This document shows, one piece after another, positions 12,902 to 25,439 of a stretch of 64,000 bases of DNA. Position numbers and translations under genes: made by a program. Each line of letters starts with the position of its first letter. Position 1 is the first letter of the stretch. This DNA comes from Octopus vulgaris (taxonomy: Eukaryota), in NCBI GenBank assembly GCA_951406725.2, contig OX597814.1, positions 44,268,001-44,332,000 on the forward strand. Reading direction: 5' to 3'. The notes under the pieces were generated by a model. That model ran no database searches, was not told the DNA's origin, and was given only the letters and a program-made list of their open reading frames with translations.

Positions 12902-13024
12902 CTAAATTTAAGTGCAATAAGCTTCATTTAAAGAAAGTTTTCATTGCGTTGAGGTAACTGATACATGACTAAGAACAGACAAGTTTAGCAAAACTCGCTT
13001 CTAAGTAAACATAGAATGGCGATG

Positions 13025-13423
13025 AAAGATAATTTTCTTTACCCATGCGCAGGATCCGGGTTTAACCCCACTGCAGTGCAATCTTGGGCAAGTGTCTTCT
13101 ATTAGAGCTTTGCGCCGTCTAAAGCCTTGAACGGATCTGGTAGACAGAACTTGAAAGAAGTCCGTTGTATATATGTATGCATGTGCATATGTGTGTGTGT
13201 GTGTCAGTCTGAATGTCCGTCTTTGTCCCGCACCATCGCTTGACAACCGGTGCTGGTATGCTTACGTCACCGTAAATTAACGGTTCAACAAAAGACACCG
13301 ACAGAATAACTATCAGGCTGTTAAAAAACAAGTACTAAGAACTGGGATCGATTCATTCGACTAAGAATATTTCCAATGCGGTGCCCCAGCATGGCTGCCG
13401 TCTAATGAGTGAAACAAGTAAAA
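13025..13423 (+). mobile_element. tRNA-derived SINE (family A, with internal (TA)(TG) tract)
   Basis: Shares blocks with the copies at 21757, 29895 and 46265 (TTGGGCAAGTGTCTTCTA, GGTAGAC.GAA, TTACGTCACCGTAA, GCGGTGCCCCAGCATGGC..GAAACAAGTAAA). Confidence 0.85.
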
Positions 13424-13542
13424 ACATTGCCTCCATGCCGTTCGAAATTGATAATGGGAATGTAATATACGCAGAGAATTTGTCTTATTTTTGAAAGTTA
13501 GACACTGAAGCATATGACACTATGATTGTTCCAAATATTTAC

Positions 13543-13581
13543 CTAGAAAGGTCTATCCTCAATGTTCTCCGAGGCAAAGTT
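13543..13581 (-). pseudogene. Exon, 39 nt, phase 2-2
   Basis: ttaacaacag|TLPRRTLRIDLS|gtaaat; phase-compatible with both neighbours. Confidence 0.55.
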
Positions 13582-13713
13582 CTGTTGTTAAAGCAAATAA
13601 AACTTAGGAAGACTATGTTGTTTTATGATCACATCATCAGTAACATCGTTGGTTTAGAAGACTCAGTAGCCTCTCAACACTGTACTAGATATTTACATAT
13701 CCGAGTGACTCAC

Positions 13714-13766
13714 CTTCTGATTCGAGTCATAAATTGTTTCGACGTGGCTATAAAATCCTGCCGATA
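13714..13766 (-). pseudogene. Exon, 53 nt, two open frames
   Basis: ctctttag|...|gtgagt; reads YRQDFIATSKQFMTRIR or SAGFYSHVETIYDSNQK. Confidence 0.6.
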
Positions 13767-14188
13767 CTAAAGAGTAACTTCTTGCTATGGGTGAAATACA
13801 TGCTTATATGGCTCTGTGAGGACATAGGACAGATAAAGTAGTTGAGGTTAATAATTATATAATATGATTGGAAGAAAAATATAGCAAGTTAAAGAAAAAG
13901 TTTTTAGGGATGTAAAGGGAGAAAGGAAGAGATTGATCTCATCGAAATACGTGTATATTCACAGGTTTCTGATTGGGCGAAAATGTAAGAAATTAGATAA
14001 AATATTTAGTCTTTATTTTGGAATTTCGGCTGCATTAAAGAACCGTGCTCGTGTTTGGTTTTTATCATATGGCATGCAGCATTATTATCAAATAATGTTT
14101 ATTAAAAACTATACTTCAAATTTAACTGTGCCTCCCATGTTGAACATTATTTCAAGCACACTTAATATCCAAATTTATATGGAGAAGA

Positions 14189-14225
<37 letters not shown>

Positions 14226-15129
14226 AATATTCAATCATATTCCAAAGATTATTCAATATTTACAATGTTAGAAACGAGACTGCTTCACCTGTTTTTATGA
14301 CTGCATGTTAATGCATTTCGCTGTCATACATTCGTGTATTGTCTGAACTTACAAAAATATAAGATTAATCCTGCTAATTGATTTCATTTCATTGCATACA
14401 GATGTCAAAACAAGAGTAGAATTTGTTTTATATTTAGCTATGAAAACGGAGTTCACGGCTAGAAAAGTTTTAGTGCAACGCATGATAATAGATATGGAAT
14501 ATGAATAACCATTTCTCTTTTTCTAAAATCTAAATATATATTTTTTTCTCATTTAGAAAACATAAAATCTGGATAGATCGAAGCAATCAGCTGTTGATAC
14601 TTCAACCAGTACGAGGTCCCTTTTTATACTGGATTTTGTTATTGTGAGAGCAGATTCTGGAAAGTGGTTCGGTCTTGTAGAAAACCAGTCTAGTCAATCA
14701 GATGCTATTTTAGGGATATATAAAGAAAAGCGTGTGAAATATAAATATTTTCCAACAAACAAAATAATGAAAGGCTTTTGAAGGAACTCATGCTCTTTTC
14801 TTTCATTCTAAATCTTTTAAAACTCCTCCTAGTTAACTTTGTTATGGGTTATATTTCTGAATTACATATATTTGTGCACTTTTTAAAATTTCAATATACA
14901 ATAAATAATAGATTATTTTTAATATTTGCTAGTCTACGTAATACAACGTCACTTATATCTTGTCTATATTGTTTCTTGTGGAAATTTGTAATTTACTTAA
15001 ATATAACATTAGGCAGTTGGATGTAATGAATTTATTGGTAAATCGGTGTCGATATGAAAATGTATATATAATAAATTTCAAGCACATAGAGGACACCTAA
15101 ATTTGCGCTGAGAGGATTGACGTCAATAC

Positions 15130-15196
15130 CTGGATATTGAAACACATCTACTAGGGCCTCTTCTAATTGTAAGTAGAATACTACTAGTTCTTGCAT
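15130..15196 (-). pseudogene. Exon, phase 0-1 (CatSper-gamma-like)
   Basis: ctaattacag|MQELVVFYLQLEEALVDVFQYP|gtattg. Joins the previous exon in frame; resembles [22 protein letters not shown]. Confidence 0.7.
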
Positions 15197-16099
15197 CTGT
15201 AATTAGGGGACAAATTCTACTTAAGCTCTTCAGTGCAATGATAATTACTCTTTCGAAGACAATTACCAACAATGCGCTCATGCTATTTCCTGAAAGCCGT
15301 TGCAGCACAGTTCAATAGGGGAAAATGAATATGAATTAATCTATTTATGATAAATTCGTGCTTTAATGTTAATGGCCGTAACGTAAGCTATACTGAAGTA
15401 GCTGTTGTATTACCATTATGCAACTTATTCTTCGAATCTAAGATGCCAATGGATATATAGAAAATATTTCCTTGAAAGATTTTGTGAATACATGTGAAAT
15501 AATATTTAAATAAATATTATCTTATACGAAGCACTTACAAACATACACTTGAATATATATGACTGCAAATCACAGCCATAAATAATGCAGTACTTATTGA
15601 TAGAAATGATAAGTACCGTTGGCGAATGTATTAAGAGAAATGTACATGCTATAAACTCCGTAAAGTTTATTAACTGAAAACATTTGCTAGTTGAAATCTA
15701 ATTAGAGGCATTACTTCTAAAAATACCCGCTAAAATAAAATATAAGCATTTGCTTTCATATACTGTCCTGCGCTTCTAGTAAATATCCATTTGTCATTTT
15801 AGGGATAAGAACTAATATTATGATACAGTATATAATGATATTAGGAATCTAAACAGAACGTCTATAACGTGAACAATAGAGAGAGAAAAAGAGAGACAGA
15901 CAGACGGAGAAAGACAGAGAGAGACCATTTCAGAATATTAGTTTTGCTATGATGAATAATGGAAGCGATGACATTCTAAATAGAATGTTATTATGGAGAG
16001 AAGATAGTATAGTATTGATGAATAAAAGAAATTACTTTTACGATTAGATGTATTTGGGAAAATGCCATACTGTATACTGAGGCAATATTCGCATCTCAC

Positions 16100-16195
16100 C
16101 AAGGCTTGTATTAAATTCTGTGCTTCTATACGCGCCGTATACGTAGGTAGGGGATGCTTCAATATATGAAATTTTCTACGTCTTTTAATGGGCTG
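16100..16195 (-). pseudogene. Exon, phase 0-0 (CatSper-gamma-like)
   Basis: ttttttcag|QPIKRRRKFHILKHPLPTYTARIEAQNLIQAL|gtgaga. Only one frame is open; resembles QRYTRQERYR..NSLAIYQGL. Confidence 0.7.
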
Positions 16196-16631
16196 CTGAA
16201 AAAACAATTCTGTTTATGATGTCACATTCCACTACATTGTGAGGTGCTTCGTTCTAAACGTCGTAAATGCTTAGTAAAGTAACCTTCTTCAGCACCAATA
16301 TTTATAAAATAAATCATCTTCAATAAATAATTGCCAAACCTTAGGTGAGTTTTGTATCAGAGAGTTGTGTACCTACATACGATCAGCGTCCTGCAAAATT
16401 TCAAATAAATTCCAACTCATTTATGTAATTCTTACAGGTTGGAAAGAAGGAAAACGCAAGGTATTCCTTCATATATAAATAAGGGGGTGATAACGACTGA
16501 AAAAAACTCTTCGATGATAACTTTTCCGATAGCACAAAGCAGACACTAAATAACAAGAACAGCAACATCATCACTGAAACAAACTCCAACATTTCAAGAC
16601 AAAAAGTTAATTTTCTATATGCGCATCTTTA

Positions 16632-16694
<63 letters not shown>

Positions 16695-16739
16695 TGGCAG
16701 GGCTGATATTAAAATTAATATTAATTTATCTCCCTCCTC

Positions 16740-16770
<31 letters not shown>

Positions 16771-16784
<14 letters not shown>

Positions 16785-17281
16785 TGTAGTTGTGTGAGTG
16801 TCTGTCCCCTTCGATTTAGATTCCTAACTACTCCCACATTTTGCAGTGCAGTTTAACCAAATTCGGATATCTTATAGTCGTGATTCATATCGAGCCCGTC
16901 TGAGTATTAGCGCGCGTCTACGATGAGTCTACGATTTTAAAAATAATTTAACATCATTTTTTATTCTATTTTAATGCATAATTTTTCGTGTGTCAATGGC
17001 GGCGGAGTTGGCGTCCATGGTCACACCTGCACCTGTTTGCTTCTCCCCCTTCTTCCCTCCCTCGTGAAGCTGTGGGGAAGGGAGTGTAAAGAAATCAACG
17101 TCGTAAAGCGTTGTCAAGGAGACCAGCGTTCTTTTAGAACAACGACTTCATGGCTTGAAGACACCAAAACAGAAATGGCTAAGAAAACCCGAATTGGCAT
17201 CTATAAAGGAAGTAACTCTCTAAAAATGCTTATATAGTTATTTCCCTTACAAACCCGAGCAACGCCGGGCGATACTGCTAG
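16771..17281 (+). mobile_element. Non-autonomous Helitron-like element
   Basis: Starts in (TA)n-TAAAA. Ends with hairpin CCCGAGCAACGCCGGG (17254-17269), then CTAG|T. No TIR or TSD. Confidence 0.75.
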
Positions 17282-17301
17282 TACATATATGAAAAGAGAA
17301 A

Positions 17302-17400
17302 GAGAGCGGGAAGCGAGAGCGGGAAGCGAGAGCGGGAAGCGAGAGCGGGAAGCGAGAGCGGGAAGCGAGAGCGGGAAGCGAGAGCGGGAAGCGAGAGCGG
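17302..17400. repeat. 13-bp minisatellite (GAGAGCGGGAAGC) x ~7.6
   Basis: Perfect tandem copies. Confidence 0.95.
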
Positions 17401-18189
17401 GGGGGGAGAGTTTTACAGGGTGAGAAACATGTTTGTACATGGGTAAGACCGAAATACGATTGTGTAAATGCATGTATAGATTTACTTATACGCGTAATCG
17501 CACACACACACACATGTTGAACAATTAAATTCACAAAAACCATTTCCATATTAAGGTATTTTATATATGGATAAGGTCTGATTCTATCCATAGTTATATG
17601 TAAAATCACTTAAACCATAATTAATTTTAAGGCACACTATGTCGCTGCTGTTTCAGGCTGGCTTCTCAAGACTTTTTTCTCATTTTATGTTTATCTTGTG
17701 GCTGGGGATTAGACGTTGAAACACAAATGTAGTTTAATAGATTATTTTGTGGCATAAAAAAGGAAAATTACGCATTGTTTGAATTGCTGAGTAGAAATAA
17801 AGCGTTAATATAATTAAATAAATTGATATTAACTTGAAACAGCTTTTTCAATAGATGTGCATGCGATGATACGTGGGGAGAAAAAAGAAATAAAATAAGC
17901 AGGTGAAGAAACAGACTAAGGGGGAGAAGAGAAAGTGAAAGGATAAGTGATGGCGTAAAAAGAAGGAAATCGTGATGGAGGAAACAAGACGAAGTTCGGA
18001 AAACAAGTTTTAATTTTGGTAGATATCAGTTACTTGTCGTGTTCCGGTTAGGGTTATACTTCATGTTTGCTTCAGATACCAGAAAAGAAAAGAAACGTGA
18101 TAAATATGTTACGTATGACACCATACAAAAAAATCACAAGCACACCGGATGTGATATGGCTGACCATGAAAGTAAAACATTGCAATACT

Positions 18190-18540
18190 ATTTGTGTATA
18201 CAAACACTTGTATGACAAATGGTAGTGCGCAACAACGTATATTAATTGAAAGGTTTTCGAAATTATGGTGATATACATGAAAAAAGTAGTTTCACGGGAT
18301 TATGGCTGACATAAACCATGCGTAAGTATCTTTCTCTAAGTTTGCGTATATTAAGGTAGAAAAACGTAGAGTTCAGTGCACACACAAGGTAACATGAAAC
18401 TCGTTGGTTATGGTTGAAAAAAAGATAACAGGGACTTGTAAATCCTTTGGCATTTACGGTTGGGTCTGTGTCATTTAATTACTGCAATCGTTTGGGAACG
18501 TAAGAGAAAAAACATCTTCAGCTACGTTATCAAATGTTTT
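18190..18540 (-). pseudogene. CatSper-gamma-like exon remnants with stops
   Basis: LTFPNDCSN*M~LADFPKELSIKYM and QP*SRETTFFMYITIISKTFQLIYVV~[25 protein letters not shown]. TAA at 18300-18302. Confidence 0.6.
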
Positions 18541-20094
18541 CTTGTAGAAAAATAAGTGTGCTGTGTATAGATGTCACTCAGATATGTAAGGAAGTTAAAT
18601 TTGAGAAAGAAGTTTTGGAAGTTAATCGAATGATAGAACAACGGGGAAGAAGAAGGTAATAATTAATATGCCCAACAGATAATCTTTGACTAGACGGAGA
18701 AAAGAGACGGCGATGTTCGGAAAAACAACACTTGTAATCTTGATAGATGTTATCTACCTCGTATTATAGCTGTAAATTGGTTATATTTGTTGTAAGTAAT
18801 TAAGGATTAGTTTCATAGATTATAATGTAGAATCATTTATAAATGTATGCAAATGGAGTCACGTTCATATGTTCCTCAGATGGTGGGCAAGTACTCTACT
18901 TCACACTGAAAGCGTCCAGCCATGACAAAACACTTATGTTCGTACAAAACAACGAATATTAGTATTCGATACCCACACACCTGCGCCAACAACACACACA
19001 TACACGCACACACACATATCCATTACAACCCGAATATCGGTCAACAAACTATTATTTAGATTAAACAAAGATTAATAGAACCTAACACTAGGGAAGCCAA
19101 AGTATAAAGAAAAATTAGGATTCAACAAGGGAAACCAAAGTGTGGTAGATACAAATAGTAAGATAACCTATCCAGACCCTAGTTTTAACACATAAAATAA
19201 CCGTTAAAATCCACCAAGCCACCATTGGAGGATGAGGAAACAAGTTAAAGATAGGAAGAATGAAAGCATAGTGAATAACCAAAGATTGCTAAGCTCTGAA
19301 AAGATTAGTAGGTATTCGAGCGAATATGTATCCCATACGAAAAATTGAATAGCCAAACTAAGAGAGGTAGCATTTGTACGCTGCACAGGAATAATGAAGT
19401 AAACCACCATAGAAACACACGCACATACACTGAACACAACTTGCCTTTTCAAATAGCTGCAACATGGTGCAGTTAATAGCAGCTCATAATGCAGATGAAT
19501 GAAACAGCTTCCGAATCTGAATAATGCGGAAGAAATATATAGTAAAAGTAGTGATGTAGACGTTGAGACCCTAGTTGAAAATACTGGGGTAAGAAAGAAT
19601 GCTAATATAAAAACCAACAGGAAAAGGGTAACAACCCTAACAAATACCTTCACAGGCATGGATATGTAATGTCGAATAGCTAGAAAGAGCAGCACCGAGA
19701 CAAGCATCAGTAGGGAAGTTGGAGAAAATGCAAGACTTGGGGATAATGAATAGGACAGGTCTCTGTGGAAGAAAACGACGGAATAAATGATAGATATAGA
19801 CAAATTTATGCAACTTCTCTAGAAATAAAATGTGTTCATTAGACACATGTAAAACTAGGAACCTAGTCTAAAGATGTAAAGTAACCTCGGAGAGTAGGGA
19901 ATATTTTATATAGGTCCAAGCTCCTCTTTTTGAAAAAAAGAGAGACTGGTCAATCATTTAAATTATTTAGAGATACGAGGAAAATACTGACTAACTAAGC
20001 TACTTTGGTCAATTAAAGACACCAACAGTAGCTAGCCCATCGATTGGGAACTAATTAGTACTGATAAACCTTAAAGCATAGGGAGAAATAGATG

Positions 20095-20724
20095 CAACAT
20101 AATGTAGCACTTCTGATTAGGACGAATGTTAATGTTATTTCGCCCCAGGATACATCGTTTCCAGCTGGCTATCGATGTGCTATCTGCGTTCTAATATTTT
20201 CGAGCAAGGGAGGTTAGTGTCCCCACTCAGCTCTAAAGCAATATCTCTATACCAATGATTTCTGGGTAATTTCCCTTCACCAGCACAGAATAACTGCTCC
20301 GCTAGAGATGATGACACTAGATTCTTGTTAGAAATATATACTTTTTAAAGTGACACTCAATTACTGATCTCATAAATAGAAAATATATTATTTGTAAATC
20401 TCTGAACGAGAAAGATTCAGTAACAATTAACTTGAGTAAAGATTATTTGCCAACATAATGTGGCAACCCTGTATACGACGAATGTTATTTAGCCCCAGGA
20501 ATCATCGCCTTCAGCTGGCTAACATCGCACTATGTGCGTCCTTATATTTTCGAACTAGGGAATTTAGTGTCCCCACACTGCTCTAAAGCAATATCTGTGT
20601 ACCAATGTTTTCTGGGTAATCTCCCTTTATTAGCACAGAATAAGTGCTCGGCTAGAGATTGCGAAACTAGATTCTTGTACTTTAAATGTTACTGAATGTT
20701 TCTCGTTCAGAGATTTAGAAATAA
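20095..20724. repeat. Penelope-type module: ~230-bp direct repeat (20095-20328 / 20451-20678) plus ~43-bp inverted repeat (20388-20430 / 20682-20724)
   Basis: Repeats visible directly. Motif GCCCCAGGA..CAGCTGGCTA is shared with 25487-25519. PLE origin is inference. Confidence 0.7.
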
Positions 20725-21630
20725 CTAGCAGGAGTACTTGGCGTTGTCAAGTATTAAATATTCGGCAATGCAAATCACACCACGGACTCGCAAATCACAC
20801 CTTAGGCTTAATGGCGCACGTGTGTGTTCAAGTGCGGAAAAGGGGAAAGGCGTGCAGTGGGCGTGTTCACTGAAAAGGGGGAGGTGTGGATATTATGTTT
20901 TGTGTGTTACTTAAAATGAAAAATTGAGAGAAAAGTGGCAGGGGCGCCGTCGAGGGTGTAAGCTTCACACAATTCACACGACGAGCATTATGGAACTTAA
21001 AAAGGGTGAAGACATTTAGTGGGTGTATATATCATGCGTATGCTAAAAAGTATTAAAAAGGGAAAAGGGACACGTGCTGTGTCGTGGTTAAAAGTTTGGT
21101 ATGAAGGTGGAAGTGGCAGTTTTTAGTTGAACAACCAAATGCCGGAGGATGTGCTCGAAGTTTGGTTAATGGTGGTGGAGGGAAATGTTTACAAATCGCA
21201 CAATGTCTTGCCATCACAGGCATTTTATCCTATTAGGAAGGTGTTGAAAGGATATTGTCTAAATATGGGGAGATTTGTGTAAACGGTACCATTAGTCATT
21301 TTCACAAGCGAAGGGGTGAGAGTGGAAGGTTGACCTAGGCCTAGCGAAAAGGTGATATTTCACAGTATTTCGTAGATCTGTCAAAAGTAAAATACAGAAT
21401 ATTAACCAAAAATAGATTTAAACTATTGTTGAGTTGTCTGTACAGATCATATGAGATTTGGACGAATTCGGTCAAAAATGAAGGATTTAAAGGCAAAAAC
21501 CTGTTTCAGTGCATATCGGAGTCCCCTGACGTTATCCTTAGGATGAGTAAATAGTGTGTAAAGTTTGAACGCAATCCATCAAAGCATTGAGAACTTTTTG
21601 AAGATTGAAAGGGCGAAAAAGTGTATAATA
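20725..21630 (-). mobile_element. Non-autonomous Helitron-like element (3' end at 20725)
   Basis: The minus strand ends TACTTGACAACGCCAAGTA hairpin + CTCCTG + CTAG|T, the same CAACG loop design as the 17281 end. 5' boundary uncertain. Confidence 0.6.
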
Positions 21631-21756
21631 TTGCATTTTTCACTATTTGTTGCGGTTTTTTGTCACACAGGGATGCTTTTGCACAAAGACCAGATACTTG
21701 ATAGAACCGCCGTCACAAGGCGGTATTTTAACCGTAAAAACTAAGGCAATCGGTCT

Positions 21757-22127
21757 TTCAAGTAAAAAGTTCTCTACAGCCTCGGGCCGACAAAATCGTT
21801 GTGAGTGGATTTCGTAGACGGAAACTGAAAGAAGCCCGTTGTATATATGTATATATATATATGTGTGTGTATGTTTGTGTGTGTGTGTGTGTGTGTTTGT
21901 GTGTTTGTGTGTATCTTTGCGTGTCTGAGTTTGACACCCCAACATCACTTGACAACCAATGCTGGTGTGTTTACGTCACCGTAACTTAGCGGTTCGGCAA
22001 AAAAGAGACCGATAGAATAAGTACTAGATTTACAAAGAATGAATCCCGGGGTCGATTTGCTCGACTAAAACACGCTGCTCCAGCATAGCCACAGTCAAAT
22101 GACTGAAACAAGTAAAAGAGAGTAAAG
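21757..22127 (+). mobile_element. SINE family A, 5'-truncated
   Basis: GTGAGTGGATTTCGTAGACGGAAACTGAAAGAAGCCCG..CAGTCAAATGACTGAAACAAGTAAAAGAG. Confidence 0.9.
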
Positions 22128-22329
22128 GGAATATATATATATCTATGTATTTTATATATTATATTGTGTGGAATTTGATTTAGTATTTCTAAATTGAATT
22201 CTTTTTCCTTGTAAGTTTGGATCTTGTTCCCTCAAATAATAATTATCTCTCTCTTTCCCCCCCCCCTCTCTCTCTCTCTATATATATATATAATCCAGAA
22301 ATTGTACTAAATGTATAAATGGATGATGA

Positions 22330-22420
22330 TGAGTAAAGCACGGCACAGTTTCGATTATCTTTTGTTATCCGTAGATTTACCCAATAACATATATCACGCT
22401 TGGCATCTCTTATTCTATTA
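22330..22420 (-). pseudogene. CatSper-gamma-like exon remnant (weak)
   Basis: DAKRDICYWVNLRIT resembles NPYNNLIFIWGNFLLQ; collinear position. Confidence 0.35.
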
Positions 22421-22423
22421 ATA

Positions 22424-22457
<34 letters not shown>

Positions 22458-22830
22458 ATAGCGTCATTGCGAGTACTGAGACATATACCATAGATAACAC
22501 TACAGTCATTTGAATGCCTTAAGCATACAGACTGATATATCAAATCGTATTCTGTTAAGCAAGCACAAATATCATTTGCAATCCGCTTAGTTTCATAATC
22601 ATATAAGATGAATGCGTGTATTATTTCTGGATATTCTATTTGAAGAACTAATCACATAGATCTCGATTGTATATGAACAAATGTGCGTAATGAGTGCGGT
22701 AATAGCTGACAATTTTCCAGTATATAAAATACTTACATAGAAACTCATACACGCGCTCACATACGCACTCACACATATATATGTGTGTGTGCCTGAGTTT
22801 TGTTCCGTGTACATATATGCATATTCTTGT

Positions 22831-22903
<73 letters not shown>

Positions 22904-22942
22904 TGTGTGTGTGTGTGTGTGTGTATGTATACCTACATACAT

Positions 22943-23239
22943 ATATGAGGAGACAAACTTCGGTCATGAATGGCCATGGGATTGCACCTAGAATGTTACC
23001 TTCCGGGGCAAAAGTCGCTCTCCCCTATCCACACCACTGATGTTATCCAAGGGAAAGGCAAAGACATTTACAGCTTACACCAGTGATGTCGCAACTCATT
23101 TCCATAACTGAGTTAACTGGAGCGGCGTGAAATATAGTGTGTGGCTCAAGAACACAACGCACAGCCCGGTCCGGAAATCGAACTCACAACCTCACGATCG
23201 TAATCTCAACGCTCTAATCACTGAGCCATGTACCTTCAC
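22943..23239 (-). mobile_element. tRNA-derived SINE (family B)
   Basis: Minus-strand head has A box TGGCTCAGTGATTAGAGC and B box GAGTTCGATTTCC, followed by a GTGTTCTTGAGC..GCTCCAG core. Confidence 0.85.
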
Positions 23240-23348
23240 ACATATATAGTGAAATTGAATATTATGTCTTATATGTGCCTACATCAATATATATATATCT
23301 ACGTATATACATACACATATATATATACATATATATATGCATGTATAC

Positions 23349-23429
<81 letters not shown>

Positions 23430-23769
23430 TTTAATCATATCAAAGGGAAATGGAATTTAATTAAAATTAAATACATTCAGTCAAAATTAACATTTCCAGT
23501 GGTATTTTATCCCAATTTTTTTTTGTGGCCATAGAACTCAGCTGTTCTTTCTAATGCGTAGAATCCCTATAGGTGGGTTCTCTATGTGTTTAAATGTACA
23601 CTATATCGTATACACAAATATATGTATTTACACACACACACACACACGGTTGCATCCTTTACCTTATTTCCGACCACCGGCCGAGTATACATGTGGAAAC
23701 AGCCGAAAGAAGCATTTGACATATACATGTATTATCTTTATATATATACATATATTATCTTTATATATA

Positions 23770-24904
23770 CAGGGGTTGAGCAAAATAGTGGAGGCACCTT
23801 AAATGTTAAAACAAATTTATTTTAATATGGGAGAGGACTGCCTTTGGCAGTAATTACAGCTTAGATTCTACGAGGTATGGACTCGTACAAAGGAATGTTT
23901 GTCCATTCTGCAGCTAAAACAATCTCCAGTTCTTGTAGTGATGATTGTGGAAGCTATCGATCCCTTACTTGTTTTTCTAAAATGCACCATAAATATTCAA
24001 TAATATTGAGATCTGGGGTCTGTTGTGGTCAGATAAGATGTTCAACTTCACTAGAATGTAACAAATTTAGCTGTGTCATTTGGTGCATTATCATTGTGTT
24101 GCCATCCGGATACTGTTCTGCAAACATGGGATGAAATTGATCAGATAAAATGCTTAAATGGTCTTGACTATTAATTCCATAATGGGAAACCATTCGGCAG
24201 GCGGATTTCCAAGATATAAACCCCAGACAATCACGGATCCTACTTCATGTTTAATAGCTGGAAGAAGGCAATCTGGGTCAAATGCTTCTTTCGGCTGTCT
24301 CCACATGTATACTCGGCCGGTGGTCGGAAATAAGGTAAAGGATGCAACCGTTGTTTTTGAAAGAAGTGGTTTCCTGATTGCAGCCTTCCCGTGAAATCCG
24401 GCTTTGTGCAGCTCCCAGCTAACGGTTTTTGTGGAAAGTGGGTTCCCAACGTGGTAATTAAGCTCTGCAGTAATTTTGAGAGCTACACTTTTCTGATCCT
24501 TTCTAACAATGCGCTTAAGTGTTCGACGGTCCGTATCTGAATTTTTCGGTTTTCCTCCAGAACTTTCTTTCAACTTTTCGGTTTTCTCGTTGTCTCAAAG
24601 GCTGTCATAAGAGTACTTCTTGATACACCTAACATTTCGTCTGTTTTCATTACGCTAGAACCACCCATACAAGTACCAGCGATTTGATGTCTTTGAAAGT
24701 CCGATAGGCCTGTTATTTAAATGAATTCTATATTGCCCTTTTCTGATGATATCTGAAAAGAAACAGCAATTTTAGCAAAACATATTAAGCGACACTTATA
24801 ATAAATCAAAAAACCAATATAAACAAGCCTTTGACAGTTTTATAGATATTTCAAAATTATGATGCTAGGAAGCTCAGTGTTTTCATTATTTTGTCCTACA
24901 CCTG
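23770..24904 (-). mobile_element. Tc1-family DNA transposon, internally deleted
   Basis: Imperfect TIRs CAGGGGTTGAGCAAAATAGTG / CAGGTGTAGGACAAAATAATG with TA on both sides. Transposase remnants LSDFQRHQI, AAIRKPLLS, IKHEVGSVIVWG, PDLNIIE; the SDES region is deleted. Confidence 0.92.
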
Positions 24905-24905
24905 T

Positions 24906-24948
<43 letters not shown>

Positions 24949-24970
24949 GTGTATATAAACATATATAGGT

Positions 24971-25039
<69 letters not shown>

Positions 25040-25117
25040 AATAAATATTAGGGAATAAATCCAAATTTACAGGGAAAAATCAGATTTAGGACTGAATCCA
25101 ATTTTATAGTAAAATAT

Positions 25118-25327
25118 TATATAATATTAATTAGAGACAAAACCACTATTATGCAAATCAAACAAAGAAAGACTTAATCCAATACATAAAAATTTTTATA
25201 TAAATAAAATAAAATTAAATTCGCCACATTTAATTTAATTTAATTTTATTTAATTTATATAAAATTTTTTATGTATTGGATTAAGTCTTTCTTTGTTTGA
25301 TTTGCATAATAGTGGTTTTGTCTCTAA

Positions 25328-25340
<13 letters not shown>
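25118..25340. repeat. Near-perfect ~100-bp-arm inverted repeat
   Basis: AATATTAATTAGAGACAAAACCACTATTATGCAAATCAAACAAAGAAAGACTTAATCCAATACAT and its reverse complement. Confidence 0.95.
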
Positions 25341-25360
<20 letters not shown>

Positions 25361-25378
25361 TATACATACACACATATT

Positions 25379-25429
<51 letters not shown>

Positions 25430-25439
25430 GCATATATGC

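Noticed and set aside
13965-16460. Plus-strand micro-exon candidates (13965-13984, 16438-16460)
   Set aside because: Too short to distinguish from chance AG..GT pairs; no consistent chain.
17302-17400. Regular repeat that might suggest CRISPR
   Set aside because: No spacers; it is a eukaryotic minisatellite.
19204-19803. 199-aa hydrophobic ORF resembling a membrane protein
   Set aside because: Antisense of A-rich repeat DNA; the hydrophobicity comes from T-rich codons.
20071-20100. CTGATAA..GAAA motif
   Set aside because: Core G is missing and there is no UH/stem I; at best an eroded copy.
23160-23235. tRNA-like sequence
   Set aside because: It is the head of a SINE; no complete cloverleaf.
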